Of a stretch of DNA of 64,000 nucleotides, positions 30,576 to 46,500 are shown piece by piece (position 1 is the stretch's first letter; each line of letters opens with the position of its first letter). Source of the stretch: Eledone cirrhosa. Taxonomy: Eukaryota. Made by a program: the position numbers and the translations under genes. The DNA lies in assembly GCA_964016885.1 (NCBI GenBank), contig CAXHJY010000928.1, positions 806,001-870,000 on the forward strand, written 5' to 3'. The notes below the pieces were generated by a model, which made no database searches, was not told the DNA's origin, and saw only the letters and a list, made by a program, of their open reading frames with translations.

Positions 30576-33500
30576 TTACTGGGAGTAAAAATTACTGGGA
30601 GATAAATTACTGGGAGTTAAATTACTGTGAGTTCAATTACTGGGAGATAAATTACTGGGAGTCAAATTACTGCGAGATAAATTACTGGGAGTTAAATTAC
30701 TGGGAAATAAATTACTGGGAGATAAATTACTGGGAGTTAAATTACTGGGAGATAAATTACTGGGAGTAAAAATTACTGGGAGATAAATTACTGGGAGATA
30801 AATTACTGTGAGTTCAATTACTGCGAGATAAATTACTGGGAGTTAAATTACTGGGAAATAAATTACTGGGAGATAAATTACTGGGAGATAAATTACTGGG
30901 AGTCAAATTACACGGAGATAAATTACTGGGAGTCAAATTACTGGGAGATAAATTACTGGGAGTCAAATTACTGGGAGATAAATTACTGGGAGATAAATTA
31001 CTGGGAGTTGAATTACTGGGAGTCAAATTACTGGGAGATAAATTACTGGGAGTTAAATTACTGGGAGTCAAATTACTGGGAGATAAATTACTGGGAGTTA
31101 AATTACTGGGAGTAAAATTACTGGGAGTAAAATTACTGTGAGTTAAATTACTGGGAGTCAAATTACTGGGAGATAAATTACTGGGAGTCAAATTACTGGG
31201 AGTTAAATTACTGGGAGTCAAATTACTGGGAGTCAAATTACTGGGAGATAAATTACTGGGAGTCAAATTACTGGGAGATAAATTACTGGGAGATAAATTA
31301 CTGTGAGTTAAATTACTGGGAGATAAATTACTGGGAGTCAAATTACTGGGAGATAAATTACTGGGAGTTAAATTACTGGGAGTCAAATTACTGGGAGATA
31401 AATTACTGGGACTCAAATTACTGGGAGTTAAATTACTGGGAGTCAAACTACTGGGAGATAAATTACTGGGAGATAAATTACTGGGAGTCAAATTACTGGG
31501 AGATAAATTACTGGGAGATAAATTACTGGGAGATAAATTACTGGGAGATAAATTACTGGGATTCAAATTACTGCGAGATAAATTACTGGGAGATATATTA
31601 CTGGGAGATAAATTACTGGGAGTCAAATTACTGCGAGATAAATTACTGGGAGTCAAATTACTGGGAGACAAATTACTGGGAGATAAATTACTGGGAGTCA
31701 AATTGCTGGGAGATAAATTACTGGGAGTCAAATTACTGGGAGATAAACTACTGGGAGATAAATTACTGGGAGTCAAATTACTGGGAGATAAATTACTGGG
31801 TGATAAATTACTGGGAGTAAAATTACTGTGAGTTAAATTACTGGGAGTCAAATTACTGGGAGATAAATTACTGGGAGATAAATTACTGGGAGTCAAATTA
31901 CTGGGAGTTAAATTACTGGGAGTCAAATTACTGGGAGTCAAATTACTGGGAGATAAATTACTGGGAGATAAATTACTGGGAGTCAAATTACTGGGAGATA
32001 AATTACTGGGAGATAAATTACTGGGAGTCAAATTACTGGGAGATAAATTACTGGGAGTTAAATTACTGGGAGTCAAATTACTGGGAGTTAAATTACTGGG
32101 AGTCAAATTACTGGGAGATAAATTACTGGGAGTCAAACTACTGGGAGATAAATTACTGAGAGATAAAATACTGGGAGTCAAATTACTGAGAGATAAATTA
32201 CTGGGAGATAAATTACTGGGAGATAAATTACTGGGAGTCAAATTACTGGGAGATAAATTACTGGGAGTCAAATTACTGGGAGATAAACTACTGGGAGATA
32301 AATTACTGGGAGTCAAATTACTGGGAGATAAATTACTGGGAGTCAAATTACTGGGAGTTAAATTACTGGGAGTCAAATTACTGGGAGTCAAATTACTGGG
32401 AGATAAATTACTGGGAGATAAATTACTGGGAGTCAAATTACTGGGAGATAAATTACTGGGAGATAAATTACTGGGAGTCAAATTACTGGGAGATAAATTA
32501 CTGGGAGTTAAATTACTGGGAGTCAAATTACTGGGAGTTAAATTACTGGGAGTCAAATTACTGGGAGATAAATTACTGGGAGTCAAACTACTGGGAGATA
32601 AATTACTGAGAGATAAATTACTGGGAGTCAAATTACTGAGAGATAAATTACTGGGAGATAAATTACTGGGAGATAAATTACTGGGAGTCAAATTACTGCG
32701 AGATAAATTACTGGGAGTTAAATTAATGGGAGTCAAATTACTGGGAGTTAAATTACTGGGAGTCAAATTACTGGGAGATAAATTACTGGGAGTCAAACTA
32801 CTGGGAGATAAATTACTGAGAGATAAATTACTGGGTGTCAAATTACTGAGAGATAAATTACTGGGAGTCAAATTACTGGGAGATAAATTACTGGGAGTCA
32901 AATTACTGCGAGATAAATTACTGGGAGTCAAATTACTGGGAGTTAAATTACTGGGAGATAAATTACTGGGAGTTAAATTACTGGGAGTCAAATTACTGGG
33001 AGATAAATTACTGGGACTCAAATTACTGGGAGATAAATTAATGGGAGATAAATTACTGGGAGTTAAATTACTGGGAGTCAAATTACTGGGAGATAAATTA
33101 CTGGGGGTCAAATTACTGGGAGATAAATTACTGGGAGAAAAATTACTGGGAGTCAAATTACTGGGAGATAAATTACTGGGAGTTAAATTACTGGGAGATA
33201 AATTACTGGGAGTAAAAATTACTGGGAGATAAATTACTGGGAGTTAAATTACTGTGAGTTCAATTACTGGGAGATAAATTACTGGGAGTCAAATTACTGC
33301 GAGATAAATTACTGGGAGTTAAATTACTGGGAAATAAATTACTGGGAGATAAATTACTGGGAGTTAAATTACTGGGAGATAAATTACTGGGAGTAAAAAT
33401 TACTGGGAGATAAATTACTGGGAGATAAATTACTGTGAGTTCAATTACTGCGAGATAAATTACTGGGAGTTAAATTACTGGGAAATAAATTACTGGGAGA

Positions 33501-36500
33501 TAAATTACTGGGAGATAAATTACTGGGAGTCAAATTACACGGAGATAAATTACTGGGAGTCAAATTACTGGGAGATAAATTACTGGGAGTCAAATTACTG
33601 GGAGATAAATTACTGGGAGATAAATTACTGGGAGTTGAATTACTGGGAGTCAAATTACTGGGAGATAAATTACTGGGAGTTAAATTACTGGGAGTCAAAT
33701 TACTGGGAGATAAATTACTGGGAGTTAAATTACTGGGAGTAAAATTACTGGGAGTAAAATTACTGTGAGTTAAATTACTGGGAGTCAAATTACTGGGAGA
33801 TAAATTACTGGGAGTCAAATTACTGGGAGTTAAATTACTGGGAGTCAAATTACTGGGAGTCAAATTACTGGGAGATAAATTACTGGGAGTCAAATTACTG
33901 GGAGATAAATTACTGGGAGATAAATTACTGTGAGTTAAATTACTGGGAGATAAATTACTGGGAGTCAAATTACTGGGAGATAAATTACTGGGAGTTAAAT
34001 TACTGGGAGTCAAATTACTGGGAGATAAATTACTGGGACTCAAATTACTGGGAGTTAAATTACTGGGAGTCAAACTACTGGGAGATAAATTACTGGGAGA
34101 TAAATTACTGGGAGTCAAATTACTGGGAGATAAATTACTGGGAGATAAATTACTGGGAGATAAATTACTGGGAGATAAATTACTGGGATTCAAATTACTG
34201 CGAGATAAATTACTGGGAGATATATTACTGGGAGATAAATTACTGGGAGTCAAATTACTGCGAGATAAATTACTGGGAGTCAAATTACTGGGAGACAAAT
34301 TACTGGGAGATAAATTACTGGGAGTCAAATTGCTGGGAGATAAATTACTGGGAGTCAAATTACTGGGAGATAAACTACTGGGAGATAAATTACTGGGAGT
34401 CAAATTACTGGGAGATAAATTACTGGGTGATAAATTACTGGGAGTAAAATTACTGTGAGTTAAATTACTGGGAGTCAAATTACTGGGAGATAAATTACTG
34501 GGAGATAAATTACTGGGAGTCAAATTACTGGGAGTTAAATTACTGGGAGTCAAATTACTGGGAGTCAAATTACTGGGAGATAAATTACTGGGAGATAAAT
34601 TACTGGGAGTCAAATTACTGGGAGATAAATTACTGGGAGATAAATTACTGGGAGTCAAATTACTGGGAGATAAATTACTGGGAGTTAAATTACTGGGAGT
34701 CAAATTACTGGGAGTTAAATTACTGGGAGTCAAATTACTGGGAGATAAATTACTGGGAGTCAAACTACTGGGAGATAAATTACTGAGAGATAAAATACTG
34801 GGAGTCAAATTACTGAGAGATAAATTACTGGGAGATAAATTACTGGGAGATAAATTACTGGGAGTCAAATTACTGGGAGATAAATTACTGGGAGTCAAAT
34901 TACTGGGAGATAAATTACTGGGAGTCAAATTACTGGGAGATAAACTACTGGGAGATAAATTACTGGGAGTCAAATTACTGGGAGATAAATTACTGGGAGT
35001 CAAATTACTGGGAGTTAAATTACTGGGAGTCAAATTACTGGGAGTCAAATTACTGGGAGATAAATTACTGGGAGATAAATTACTGGGAGTCAAATTACTG
35101 GGAGATAAATTACTGGGAGATAAATTACTGGGAGTCAAATTACTGGGAGATAAATTACTGGGAGTTAAATTACTGGGAGTCAAATTACTGGGAGTTAAAT
35201 TACTGGGAGTCAAATTACTGGGAGATAAATTACTGGGAGTCAAACTACTGGGAGATAAATTACTGAGAGATAAATTACTGGGAGTCAAATTACTGAGAGA
35301 TAAATTACTGGGAGATAAATTACTGGGAGATAAATTACTGGGAGTCAAATTACTGCGAGATAAATTACTGGGAGTTAAATTAATGGGAGTCAAATTACTG
35401 GGAGTTAAATTACTGGGAGTCAAATTACTGGGAGATAAATTACTGGGAGTCAAACTACTGGGAGATAAATTACTGAGAGATAAATTACTGGGAGTCAAAT
35501 TACTGAGAGATAAATTACTGGGAGTCAAATTACTGGGAGATAAATTACTGGGAGTCAAATTACTGCGAGATAAATTACTGGGAGTTAAATTCCTGGGAAA
35601 TAAATTACTGGGAGATAAATTACTGGGAGATAAGTTACTGGGAGTCAAATTACACGGAGATAAATTACTGGGAGATAAATTACTGGGAGTTAAATTACTG
35701 GGATTCAAATCACTGGGAGATGAATTACTGGGAGTCAAATTACTGGGAGTCAAATTACTGGGAGATAAATTACTGGGAGTTAAATTACTGGGAGTCAAAT
35801 TACTGGGAGTAAAATTACTGTGAGTTAAATTACTGGGAGTCAAATTACTGGGAGATAAATTACTGGGAGTCAAATTACTGGGAGATAAATTACTGGGAGT
35901 TAAATTACTGGGAGTCAAATTACTGGGAGATAAATTACTGGGAGTCAAATTACTGGGAGATAAATTACTGGGAGTCAAACTACTGGGAGATAAATTACTG
36001 GGAGATTAATTACTGGGAGTCAAATTACTGGGAGATAAATTACTGGGAGATAAATTACTGGGAGTCAAATTACAGGGAGATAATTTACTGGGAGTCAAAT
36101 TACTGGGAGATATATTACTGGGAGTTAAATTACTGGGAGATAAATTACTGGGAGTCAAATTACTGGGAGATAAATTACTGGGAGTCAAATTACTGGGAGT
36201 TAAATTACTGGGAGTCAAATTACTGGGAGTAAAATTACTGTGAGTTAAATTACTGGGAGTCAAATTACTGGGAGATAAATTACTGGGAGTCAAATTACTG
36301 GGAGTTAAATTACTGGGAGTCAAATTACTGGGAGTCAAATTACTGGGAGATAAATTACTGGGAGTCAAATTACTGGGAGATAAATTACTGGGAGTCAAAT
36401 TACTGGGAGTTAAATTACTGGGAGATAAATTACTGGGAGTTAAATTACTGGGAGTCAAATTACTGGGAGATAAATTACTGGGACTCAAATTACTGGGAGA

Positions 36501-39500
36501 TAAATTAATGGGAGATAAATTACTGGGAGTTAAATTACTGGGAGTCAAATTACTGGGAGATAAATTACTGGGGGTCAAATTACTGGGAGATAAATTACTG
36601 GGAGAAAAATTACTGGGAGTCAAATTACTGGGAGATAAATTACTGGGAGTTAAATTACTGGGAGATAAATTACTGGGAGTAAAAATTACTGGGAGATAAA
36701 TTACTGGGAGTTAAATTACTGTGAGTTCAATTACTGGGAGATAAATTACTGGGAGTCAAATTACTGCGAGATAAATTACTGGGAGTTAAATTACTGGGAA
36801 ATAAATTACTGGGAGATAAATTACTGGGAGTTAAATTACTGGGAGATAAATTACTGGGAGTAAAAATTACTGGGAGATAAATTACTGGGAGATAAATTAC
36901 TGTGAGTTCAATTACTGCGAGATAAATTACTGGGAGTTAAATTACTGGGAAATAAATTACTGGGAGATAAATTACTGGGAGATAAATTACTGGGAGTCAA
37001 ATTACACGGAGATAAATTACTGGGAGTCAAATTACTGGGAGATAAATTACTGGGAGTCAAATTACTGGGAGATAAATTACTGGGAGATAAATTACTGGGA
37101 GTTGAATTACTGGGAGTCAAATTACTGGGAGATAAATTACTGGGAGTTAAATTACTGGGAGTCAAATTACTGGGAGATAAATTACTGGGAGTTAAATTAC
37201 TGGGAGTAAAATTACTGGGAGTAAAATTACTGTGAGTTAAATTACTGGGAGTCAAATTACTGGGAGATAAATTACTGGGAGTCAAATTACTGGGAGTTAA
37301 ATTACTGGGAGTCAAATTACTGGGAGTCAAATTACTGGGAGATAAATTACTGGGAGTCAAATTACTGGGAGATAAATTACTGGGAGATAAATTACTGTGA
37401 GTTAAATTACTGGGAGATAAATTACTGGGAGTCAAATTACTGGGAGATAAATTACTGGGAGTTAAATTACTGGGAGTCAAATTACTGGGAGATAAATTAC
37501 TGGGACTCAAATTACTGGGAGTTAAATTACTGGGAGTCAAACTACTGGGAGATAAATTACTGGGAGATAAATTACTGGGAGTCAAATTACTGGGAGATAA
37601 ATTACTGGGAGATAAATTACTGGGAGATAAATTACTGGGAGATAAATTACTGGGATTCAAATTACTGCGAGATAAATTACTGGGAGATATATTACTGGGA
37701 GATAAATTACTGGGAGTCAAATTACTGCGAGATAAATTACTGGGAGTCAAATTACTGGGAGACAAATTACTGGGAGATAAATTACTGGGAGTCAAATTGC
37801 TGGGAGATAAATTACTGGGAGTCAAATTACTGGGAGATAAACTACTGGGAGATAAATTACTGGGAGTCAAATTACTGGGAGATAAATTACTGGGTGATAA
37901 ATTACTGGGAGTAAAATTACTGTGAGTTAAATTACTGGGAGTCAAATTACTGGGAGATAAATTACTGGGAGATAAATTACTGGGAGTCAAATTACTGGGA
38001 GTTAAATTACTGGGAGTCAAATTACTGGGAGTCAAATTACTGGGAGATAAATTACTGGGAGATAAATTACTGGGAGTCAAATTACTGGGAGATAAATTAC
38101 TGGGAGATAAATTACTGGGAGTCAAATTACTGGGAGATAAATTACTGGGAGTTAAATTACTGGGAGTCAAATTACTGGGAGTTAAATTACTGGGAGTCAA
38201 ATTACTGGGAGATAAATTACTGGGAGTCAAACTACTGGGAGATAAATTACTGAGAGATAAAATACTGGGAGTCAAATTACTGAGAGATAAATTACTGGGA
38301 GATAAATTACTGGGAGATAAATTACTGGGAGTCAAATTACTGGGAGATAAATTACTGGGAGTCAAATTACTGGGAGATAAATTACTGGGAGTCAAATTAC
38401 TGGGAGATAAACTACTGGGAGATAAATTACTGGGAGTCAAATTACTGGGAGATAAATTACTGGGAGTCAAATTACTGGGAGTTAAATTACTGGGAGTCAA
38501 ATTACTGGGAGTCAAATTACTGGGAGATAAATTACTGGGAGATAAATTACTGGGAGTCAAATTACTGGGAGATAAATTACTGGGAGATAAATTACTGGGA
38601 GTCAAATTACTGGGAGATAAATTACTGGGAGTTAAATTACTGGGAGTCAAATTACTGGGAGTTAAATTACTGGGAGTCAAATTACTGGGAGATAAATTAC
38701 TGGGAGTCAAACTACTGGGAGATAAATTACTGAGAGATAAATTACTGGGAGTCAAATTACTGAGAGATAAATTACTGGGAGATAAATTACTGGGAGATAA
38801 ATTACTGGGAGTCAAATTACTGCGAGTTAAATTACTGGGAGTTAAATTAATGGGAGTCAAATTACTGGGAGTTAAATTACTGGGAGTCAAATTACTGGGA
38901 GATAAATTACTGGGAGTCAAACTACTGGGAGATAAATTACTGAGAGATAAATTACTGGGAGTCAAATTACTGAGAGATAAATTACTGGGAGTCAAATTAC
39001 TGGGAGATAAATTACTGGGAGTCAAATTACTGCGAGATAAATTACTGGGAGTCAAATTACTGGGAGTTAAATTACTGGGAGATAAATTACTGGGAGTTAA
39101 ATTACTGGGAGTCAAATTACTGGGAGATAAATTACTGGGACTCAAATTACTGGGAGATAAATTAATGGGAGATGAATTACTGGGAGTTAAATTACTGGGA
39201 GTCAAATTACTGGGAGATAAATTACTGGGGGTCAAATTACTGGGAGATAAATTACTGGGAGAAAAATTACTGGGAGTCAAATTACTGGGAGATAAATTAC
39301 TGGGAGTTAAATTACTGGGAGATAAATTACTGGGAGTAAAAATTACTGGGAGATAAATTACTGGGAGTTAAATTACTGTGAGTTCAATTACTGGGAGATA
39401 AATTACTGGGAGTCAAATTACTGCGAGATAAATTACTGGGAGTTAAATTACTGGGAAATAAATTACTGGGAGATAAATTACTGGGAGTTAAATTACTGGG

Positions 39501-42350
39501 AGATAAATTACTGGGAGTAAAAATTACTGGGAGATAAATTACTGGGAGATAAATTACTGTGAGTTCAATTACTGCGAGATAAATTACTGGGAGTTAAATT
39601 ACTGGGAAATAAATTACTGGGAGATAAATTACTGGGAGATAAATTACTGGGAGTCAAATTACACGGAGATAAATTACTGGGAGTCAAATTACTGGGAGAT
39701 AAATTACTGGGAGTCAAATTACTGGGAGATAAATTACTGGGAGATAAATTACTGGGAGTTGAATTACTGGGAGTCAAATTACTGGGAGATAAATTACTGG
39801 GAGTTAAATTACTGGGAGTCAAATTACTGGGAGATAAATTACTGGGAGTTAAATTACTGGGAGTAAAATTACTGGGAGTAAAATTACTGTGAGTTAAATT
39901 ACTGGGAGTCAAATTACTGGGAGATAAATTACTGGGAGTCAAATTACTGGGAGTTAAATTACTGGGAGTCAAATTACTGGGAGTCAAATTACTGGGAGAT
40001 AAATTACTGGGAGTCAAATTACTGGGAGATAAATTACTGGGAGATAAATTACTGTGAGTTAAATTACTGGGAGATAAATTACTGGGAGTCAAATTACTGG
40101 GAGATAAATTACTGGGAGTTAAATTACTGGGAGTCAAATTACTGGGAGATAAATTACTGGGACTCAAATTACTGGGAGTTAAATTACTGGGAGTCAAACT
40201 ACTGGGAGATAAATTACTGGGAGATAAATTACTGGGAGTCAAATTACTGGGAGATAAATTACTGGGAGATAAATTACTGGGAGATAAATTACTGGGAGAT
40301 AAATTACTGGGATTCAAATTACTGCGAGATAAATTACTGGGAGATATATTACTGGGAGATAAATTACTGGGAGTCAAATTACTGCGAGATAAATTACTGG
40401 GAGTCAAATTACTGGGAGACAAATTACTGGGAGATAAATTACTGGGAGTCAAATTGCTGGGAGATAAATTACTGGGAGTCAAATTACTGGGAGATAAACT
40501 ACTGGGAGATAAATTACTGGGAGTCAAATTACTGGGAGATAAATTACTGGGTGATAAATTACTGGGAGTAAAATTACTGTGAGTTAAATTACTGGGAGTC
40601 AAATTACTGGGAGATAAATTACTGGGAGATAAATTACTGGGAGTCAAATTACTGGGAGTTAAATTACTGGGAGTCAAATTACTGGGAGTCAAATTACTGG
40701 GAGATAAATTACTGGGAGATAAATTACTGGGAGTCAAATTACTGGGAGATAAATTACTGGGAGATAAATTACTGGGAGTCAAATTACTGGGAGATAAATT
40801 ACTGGGAGTTAAATTACTGGGAGTCAAATTACTGGGAGTTAAATTACTGGGAGTCAAATTACTGGGAGATAAATTACTGGGAGTCAAACTACTGGGAGAT
40901 AAATTACTGAGAGATAAAATACTGGGAGTCAAATTACTGAGAGATAAATTACTGGGAGATAAATTACTGGGAGATAAATTACTGGGAGTCAAATTACTGG
41001 GAGATAAATTACTGGGAGTCAAATTACTGGGAGATAAATTACTGGGAGTCAAATTACTGGGAGATAAACTACTGGGAGATAAATTACTGGGAGTCAAATT
41101 ACTGGGAGATAAATTACTGGGAGTCAAATTACTGGGAGTTAAATTACTGGGAGTCAAATTACTGGGAGTCAAATTACTGGGAGATAAATTACTGGGAGAT
41201 AAATTACTGGGAGTCAAATTACTGGGAGATAAATTACTGGGAGATAAATTACTGGGAGTCAAATTACTGGGAGATAAATTACTGGGAGTTAAATTACTGG
41301 GAGTCAAATTACTGGGAGTTAAATTACTGGGAGTCAAATTACTGGGAGATAAATTACTGGGAGTCAAACTACTGGGAGATAAATTACTGAGAGATAAATT
41401 ACTGGGAGTCAAATTACTGAGAGATAAATTACTGGGAGATAAATTACTGGGAGATAAATTACTGGGAGTCAAATTACTGCGAGATAAATTACTGGGAGTT
41501 AAATTAATGGGAGTCAAATTACTGGGAGTTAAATTACTGGGAGTCAAATTACTGGGAGATAAATTACTGGGAGTCAAACTACTGGGAGATAAATTACTGA
41601 GAGATAAATTACTGGGAGTCAAATTACTGAGAGATAAATTACTGGGAGTCAAATTACTGGGAGATAAATTACTGGGAGTCAAATTACTGCGAGATAAATT
41701 ACTGGGAGTTAAATTCCTGGGAAATAAATTACTGGGAGATAAATTACTGGGAGATAAGTTACTGGGAGTCAAATTACACGGAGATAAATTACTGGGAGAT
41801 AAATTACTGGGAGTTAAATTACTGGGATTCAAATCACTGGGAGATGAATTACTGGGAGTCAAATTACTGGGAGTCAAATTACTGGGAGATAAATTACTGG
41901 GAGTTAAATTACTGGGAGTCAAATTACTGGGAGATAAATTACTGGGAGTCAAATTACTGGGAGATAAATTACTGGGAGTTAAATTACTGGGAGTCAAATT
42001 ACTGGGAGATAAATTACTGGGAGTCAAATTACTGGGAGATAAATTACTGGGAGTCAAACTACTGGGAGATAAATTACTGGGAGATTAATTACTGGGAGTC
42101 AAATTACTGGGAGATAAATTACTGGGAGATAAATTACTGGGAGTCAAATTACAGGGAGATAATTTACTGGGAGTCAAATTACTGGGAGATATATTACTGG
42201 GAGTTAAATTACTGGGAGATAAATTACTGGGAGTCAAATTACTGGGAGATAAATTACTGGGAGTCAAATTACTGGGAGTTAAATTACTGGGAGTCAAATT
42301 ACTGGGAGTAAAATTACTGTGAGTTAAATTACTGGGAGTCAAATTACTGG
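30576..42350 (+). repeat. ~6.1-kb higher-order repeat x2, each built from two ~2.6-kb sub-units
   Basis: Landmarks 30814, 33441, 36908, 39565 share the marker order ACACGG, GTTGAA, GATTC, GAGAC, ATAAAATAC. Offsets are 30814->36908 = 6,094, 33441->39565 = 6,124, 36006->42085 = 6,079; sub-unit offsets are 2,627 and 2,657. Confidence 0.9.
33441..35978 (-). other. Longest stop-free frame, (SNL[S/T]P)n, 845 codons; probably not a real CDS
   Basis: Open only because the monomer is 5 codons with no stop in this frame. The start is an in-repeat TTG and there is no unique N- or C-terminal domain. Confidence 0.1.
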
Positions 42351-43559
42351 GAGATAAATTACTGGGAGATAAATTACTGGGAGTCAAATTACTGGGAGTC
42401 AAATTACTGGGAGTCAAATTACTGGGAGTCAAATTACTGGGAGATAAATTACTGGAAGATAAATTACTGGGAGTCAAATTACTGGGAGTTAAATTACTGG
42501 GAGATAAATTACTGGGAGTTAAATTACTGGGAGTCAAATTACTGGTAGATAAATTAATGGGAGATAAATTACTGGGAGTTAAATTACTGGGAGTCAAATT
42601 ACTGGGAGAAAAATTACTGGGAGTCAAATTTCTGGGAGTCAAATTACTGGGAGATAAATTACTGTGGGTCAAATTACTGGGGGATAAATTACTGGGAGAT
42701 AAATTACTGGGAGTCAAATTACTGGGAGATATATTACTGGGAGATAAATTACTGGGAGTCAAATTACTGCGAGATAAATTACTGGGAGTCAAATTACTGG
42801 GAGACAAATTACTGGGAGATAAATTACTGGGAGTTAAATTATTGGGAGATAAATTACTGGGAGTCAAATTACTGGGAGATAAATTACTGGGAGTCAAATT
42901 ACTGGGAGTCAAATTACTGGGAGACAAATTACTGGGAGATAAATTACTGGGAGTTAAATTATTGGGAGATAAATTACTGGGAGACAAATTACTGCGAGAT
43001 AAATTACTGGGAGTTAAATTAATGGGAGTCAAATTACTGGGAGTTAAATTACTGGGAGTCAAATTACTGGGAGATAAATTACTGGGAGTTAAATTACTGG
43101 GAGATAAATTACTGGGAGTAAAAATTACTGGGAGATAAATTACTGGGAGTTAAATTACTGTGAGTTCAATTACTGGGAGATAAATTACTGGGAGTCAAAT
43201 TACTGCGAGATAAATTACTGGGAGTTAAATTACTGGGAAATAAATTACTGGGAGATAAATTACTGGGAGTTAAATTACTGGGAGATAAATTACTGGGAGT
43301 AAAAATTACTGGGAGATAAATTACTGGGAGATAAATTACTGTGAGTTCAATTACTGCGAGATAAATTACTGGGAGTTAAATTACTGGGAAATAAATTACT
43401 GGGAGATAAATTACTGGGAGATAAATTACTGGGAGTCAAATTACACGGAGATAAATTACTGGGAGATAAATTACTGGGAGTAAAAATTACTGGGAGATAA
43501 ATTACTGGGAGTTAAATTACTGTGAGTTCAATTACTGGGAGATAAATTACTGGGAGTCA

Positions 43560-46500
43560 AATTACTGCGAGATAAATTACTGGGAGTCAAACTACTGGGA
43601 GATAAATTACTGAGAGATAAATTACTGGGAGTCAAATTACTGAGAGATAAATTACTGGGAGTCAAATTACTGGGAGATAAATTACTGGGAGTCAAATTAC
43701 TGCGAGATAAATTACTGGGAGTTAAATTCCTGGGAAATAAATTACTGGGAGATAAATTACTGGGAGATAAGTTACTGGGAGTCAAATTACACGGAGATAA
43801 ATTACTGGGAGATAAATTACTGGGAGTTAAATTACTGGGATTCAAATCACTGGGAGATGAATTACTGGGAGTCAAATTACTGGGAGTCAAATTACTGGGA
43901 GATAAATTACTGGGAGTTAAATTACTGGGAGTCAAATTACTGGGAGTAAAATTACTGTGAGTTAAATTACTGGGAGTCAAATTACTGGGAGATAAATTAC
44001 TGGGAGTCAAATTACTGGGAGATAAATTACTGGGAGTTAAATTACTGGGAGTCAAATTACTGGGAGATAAATTACTGGGAGTCAAATTACTGGGAGATAA
44101 ATTACTGGGAGTCAAACTACTGGGAGATAAATTACTGGGAGATTAATTACTGGGAGTCAAATTACTGGGAGATAAATTACTGGGAGATAAATTACTGGGA
44201 GTCAAATTACAGGGAGATAATTTACTGGGAGTCAAATTACTGGGAGATATATTACTGGGAGTTAAATTACTGGGAGATAAATTACTGGGAGTCAAATTAC
44301 TGGGAGATAAATTACTGGGAGTCAAATTACTGGGAGTTAAATTACTGGGAGTCAAATTACTGGGAGTAAAATTACTGTGAGTTAAATTACTGGGAGTCAA
44401 ATTACTGGGAGATAAATTACTGGGAGATAAATTACTGGGAGTCAAATTACTGGGAGTTAAATTACTGGGAGTCAAATTACTGGGAGTCAAATTACTGGGA
44501 GATAAATTACTGGAAGATAAATTACTGGGAGTCAAATTACTGGGAGTTAAATTACTGGGAGATAAATTACTGGGAGTTAAATTACTGGGAGTCAAATTAC
44601 TGGTAGATAAATTAATGGGAGATAAATTACTGGGAGTTAAATTACTGGGAGTCAAATTACTGGGAGAAAAATTACTGGGAGTCAAATTTCTGGGAGTCAA
44701 ATTACTGGGAGATAAATTACTGTGGGTCAAATTACTGGGGGATAAATTACTGGGAGATAAATTACTGGGAGTCAAATTACTGGGAGATATATTACTGGGA
44801 GATAAATTACTGGGAGTCAAATTACTGCGAGATAAATTACTGGGAGTCAAATTACTGGGAGACAAATTACTGGGAGATAAATTACTGGGAGTTAAATTAT
44901 TGGGAGATAAATTACTGGGAGTCAAATTACTGGGAGATAAATTACTGGGAGTCAAATTACTGGGAGTCAAATTACTGGGAGACAAATTACTGGGAGATAA
45001 ATTACTGGGAGTTAAATTATTGGGAGATAAATTACTGGGAGACAAATTACTGGGAGATAAATTACTGGGAGATAAATTACTGGGAGATAAATTACTGGGA
45101 GTCAAATTACAGGGAGATAATTTACTGGGAGTCAAATTACTGGGAGATATATTACTGGGAGTTAAATTACTGGGAGATAAATTACTGGGAGTCAAATTAC
45201 TGGGAGATAAATTACTGGGAGTCAAATTACTGGGAGTTAAATTACTGGGAGTCAAATTACTGGGAGTAAAATTACTGTGAGTTAAATTACTGGGAGTCAA
45301 ATTACTGGGAGATAAATTACTGGGAGATAAATTACTGGGAGTCAAATTACTGGGAGTTAAATTACTGGGAGTCAAATTACTGGGAGTCAAATTACTGGGA
45401 GATAAATTACTGGAAGATAAATTACTGGGAGTCAAATTACTGGGAGTTAAATTACTGGGAGATAAATTACTGGGAGTTAAATTACTGGGAGTCAAATTAC
45501 TGGTAGATAAATTAATGGGAGATAAATTACTGGGAGTTAAATTACTGGGAGTCAAATTACTGGGAGAAAAATTACTGGGAGTCAAATTTCTGGGAGTCAA
45601 ATTACTGGGAGATAAATTACTGTGGGTCAAATTACTGGGAGTCAAATTACTGGGAGATAAATTACTGGGAGTCAAATTACTGGGAGATATATTACTGGGA
45701 GATAAATTACTGGGAGTCAAATTACTGCGAGATAAATTACTGGGAGTCAAATTACTGGGAGACAAATTACTGGGAGATAAATTACTGGGAGTTAAATTAT
45801 TGGGAGATAAATTACTGGGAGTCAAATTACTGGGAGATAAATTACTGGGAGTCAAATTACTGGGAGTCAAATTACTGGGAGACAAATTACTGGGAGATAA
45901 ATTACTGGGAGTTAAATTATTGGGAGATAAATTACTGGGAGACAAATTACTGCGAGATAAATTACTGGGAGTTAAATTAATGGGAGTCAAATTACTGGGA
46001 GTTAAATTACTGGGAGTCAAATTACTGGGAGATAAATTACTGGGAGTCAAACTACTGGGAGATAAATTACTGAGAGATAAATTACTGGGAGTCAAATTAC
46101 TGAGAGATAAATTACTGGGAGTCAAATTACTGGGAGATAAATTACTGGGAGTCAAATTACTGCGAGATAAATTACTGGGAGTTAAATTCCTGGGAAATAA
46201 ATTACTGGGAGATAAATTACTGGGAGATAAGTTACTGGGAGTCAAATTACACGGAGATAAATTACTGGGAGATAAATTACTGGGAGTTAAATTACTGGGA
46301 TTCAAATCACTGGGAGATGAATTACTGGGAGTCAAATTACTGGGAGTCAAATTACTGGGAGATAAATTACTGGGAGTTAAATTACTGGGAGTCAAATTAC
46401 TGGGAGTAAAATTACTGTGAGTTAAATTACTGGGAGTCAAATTACTGGGAGATAAATTACTGGGAGTCAAATTACTGGGAGATAAATTACTGGGAGTTAA

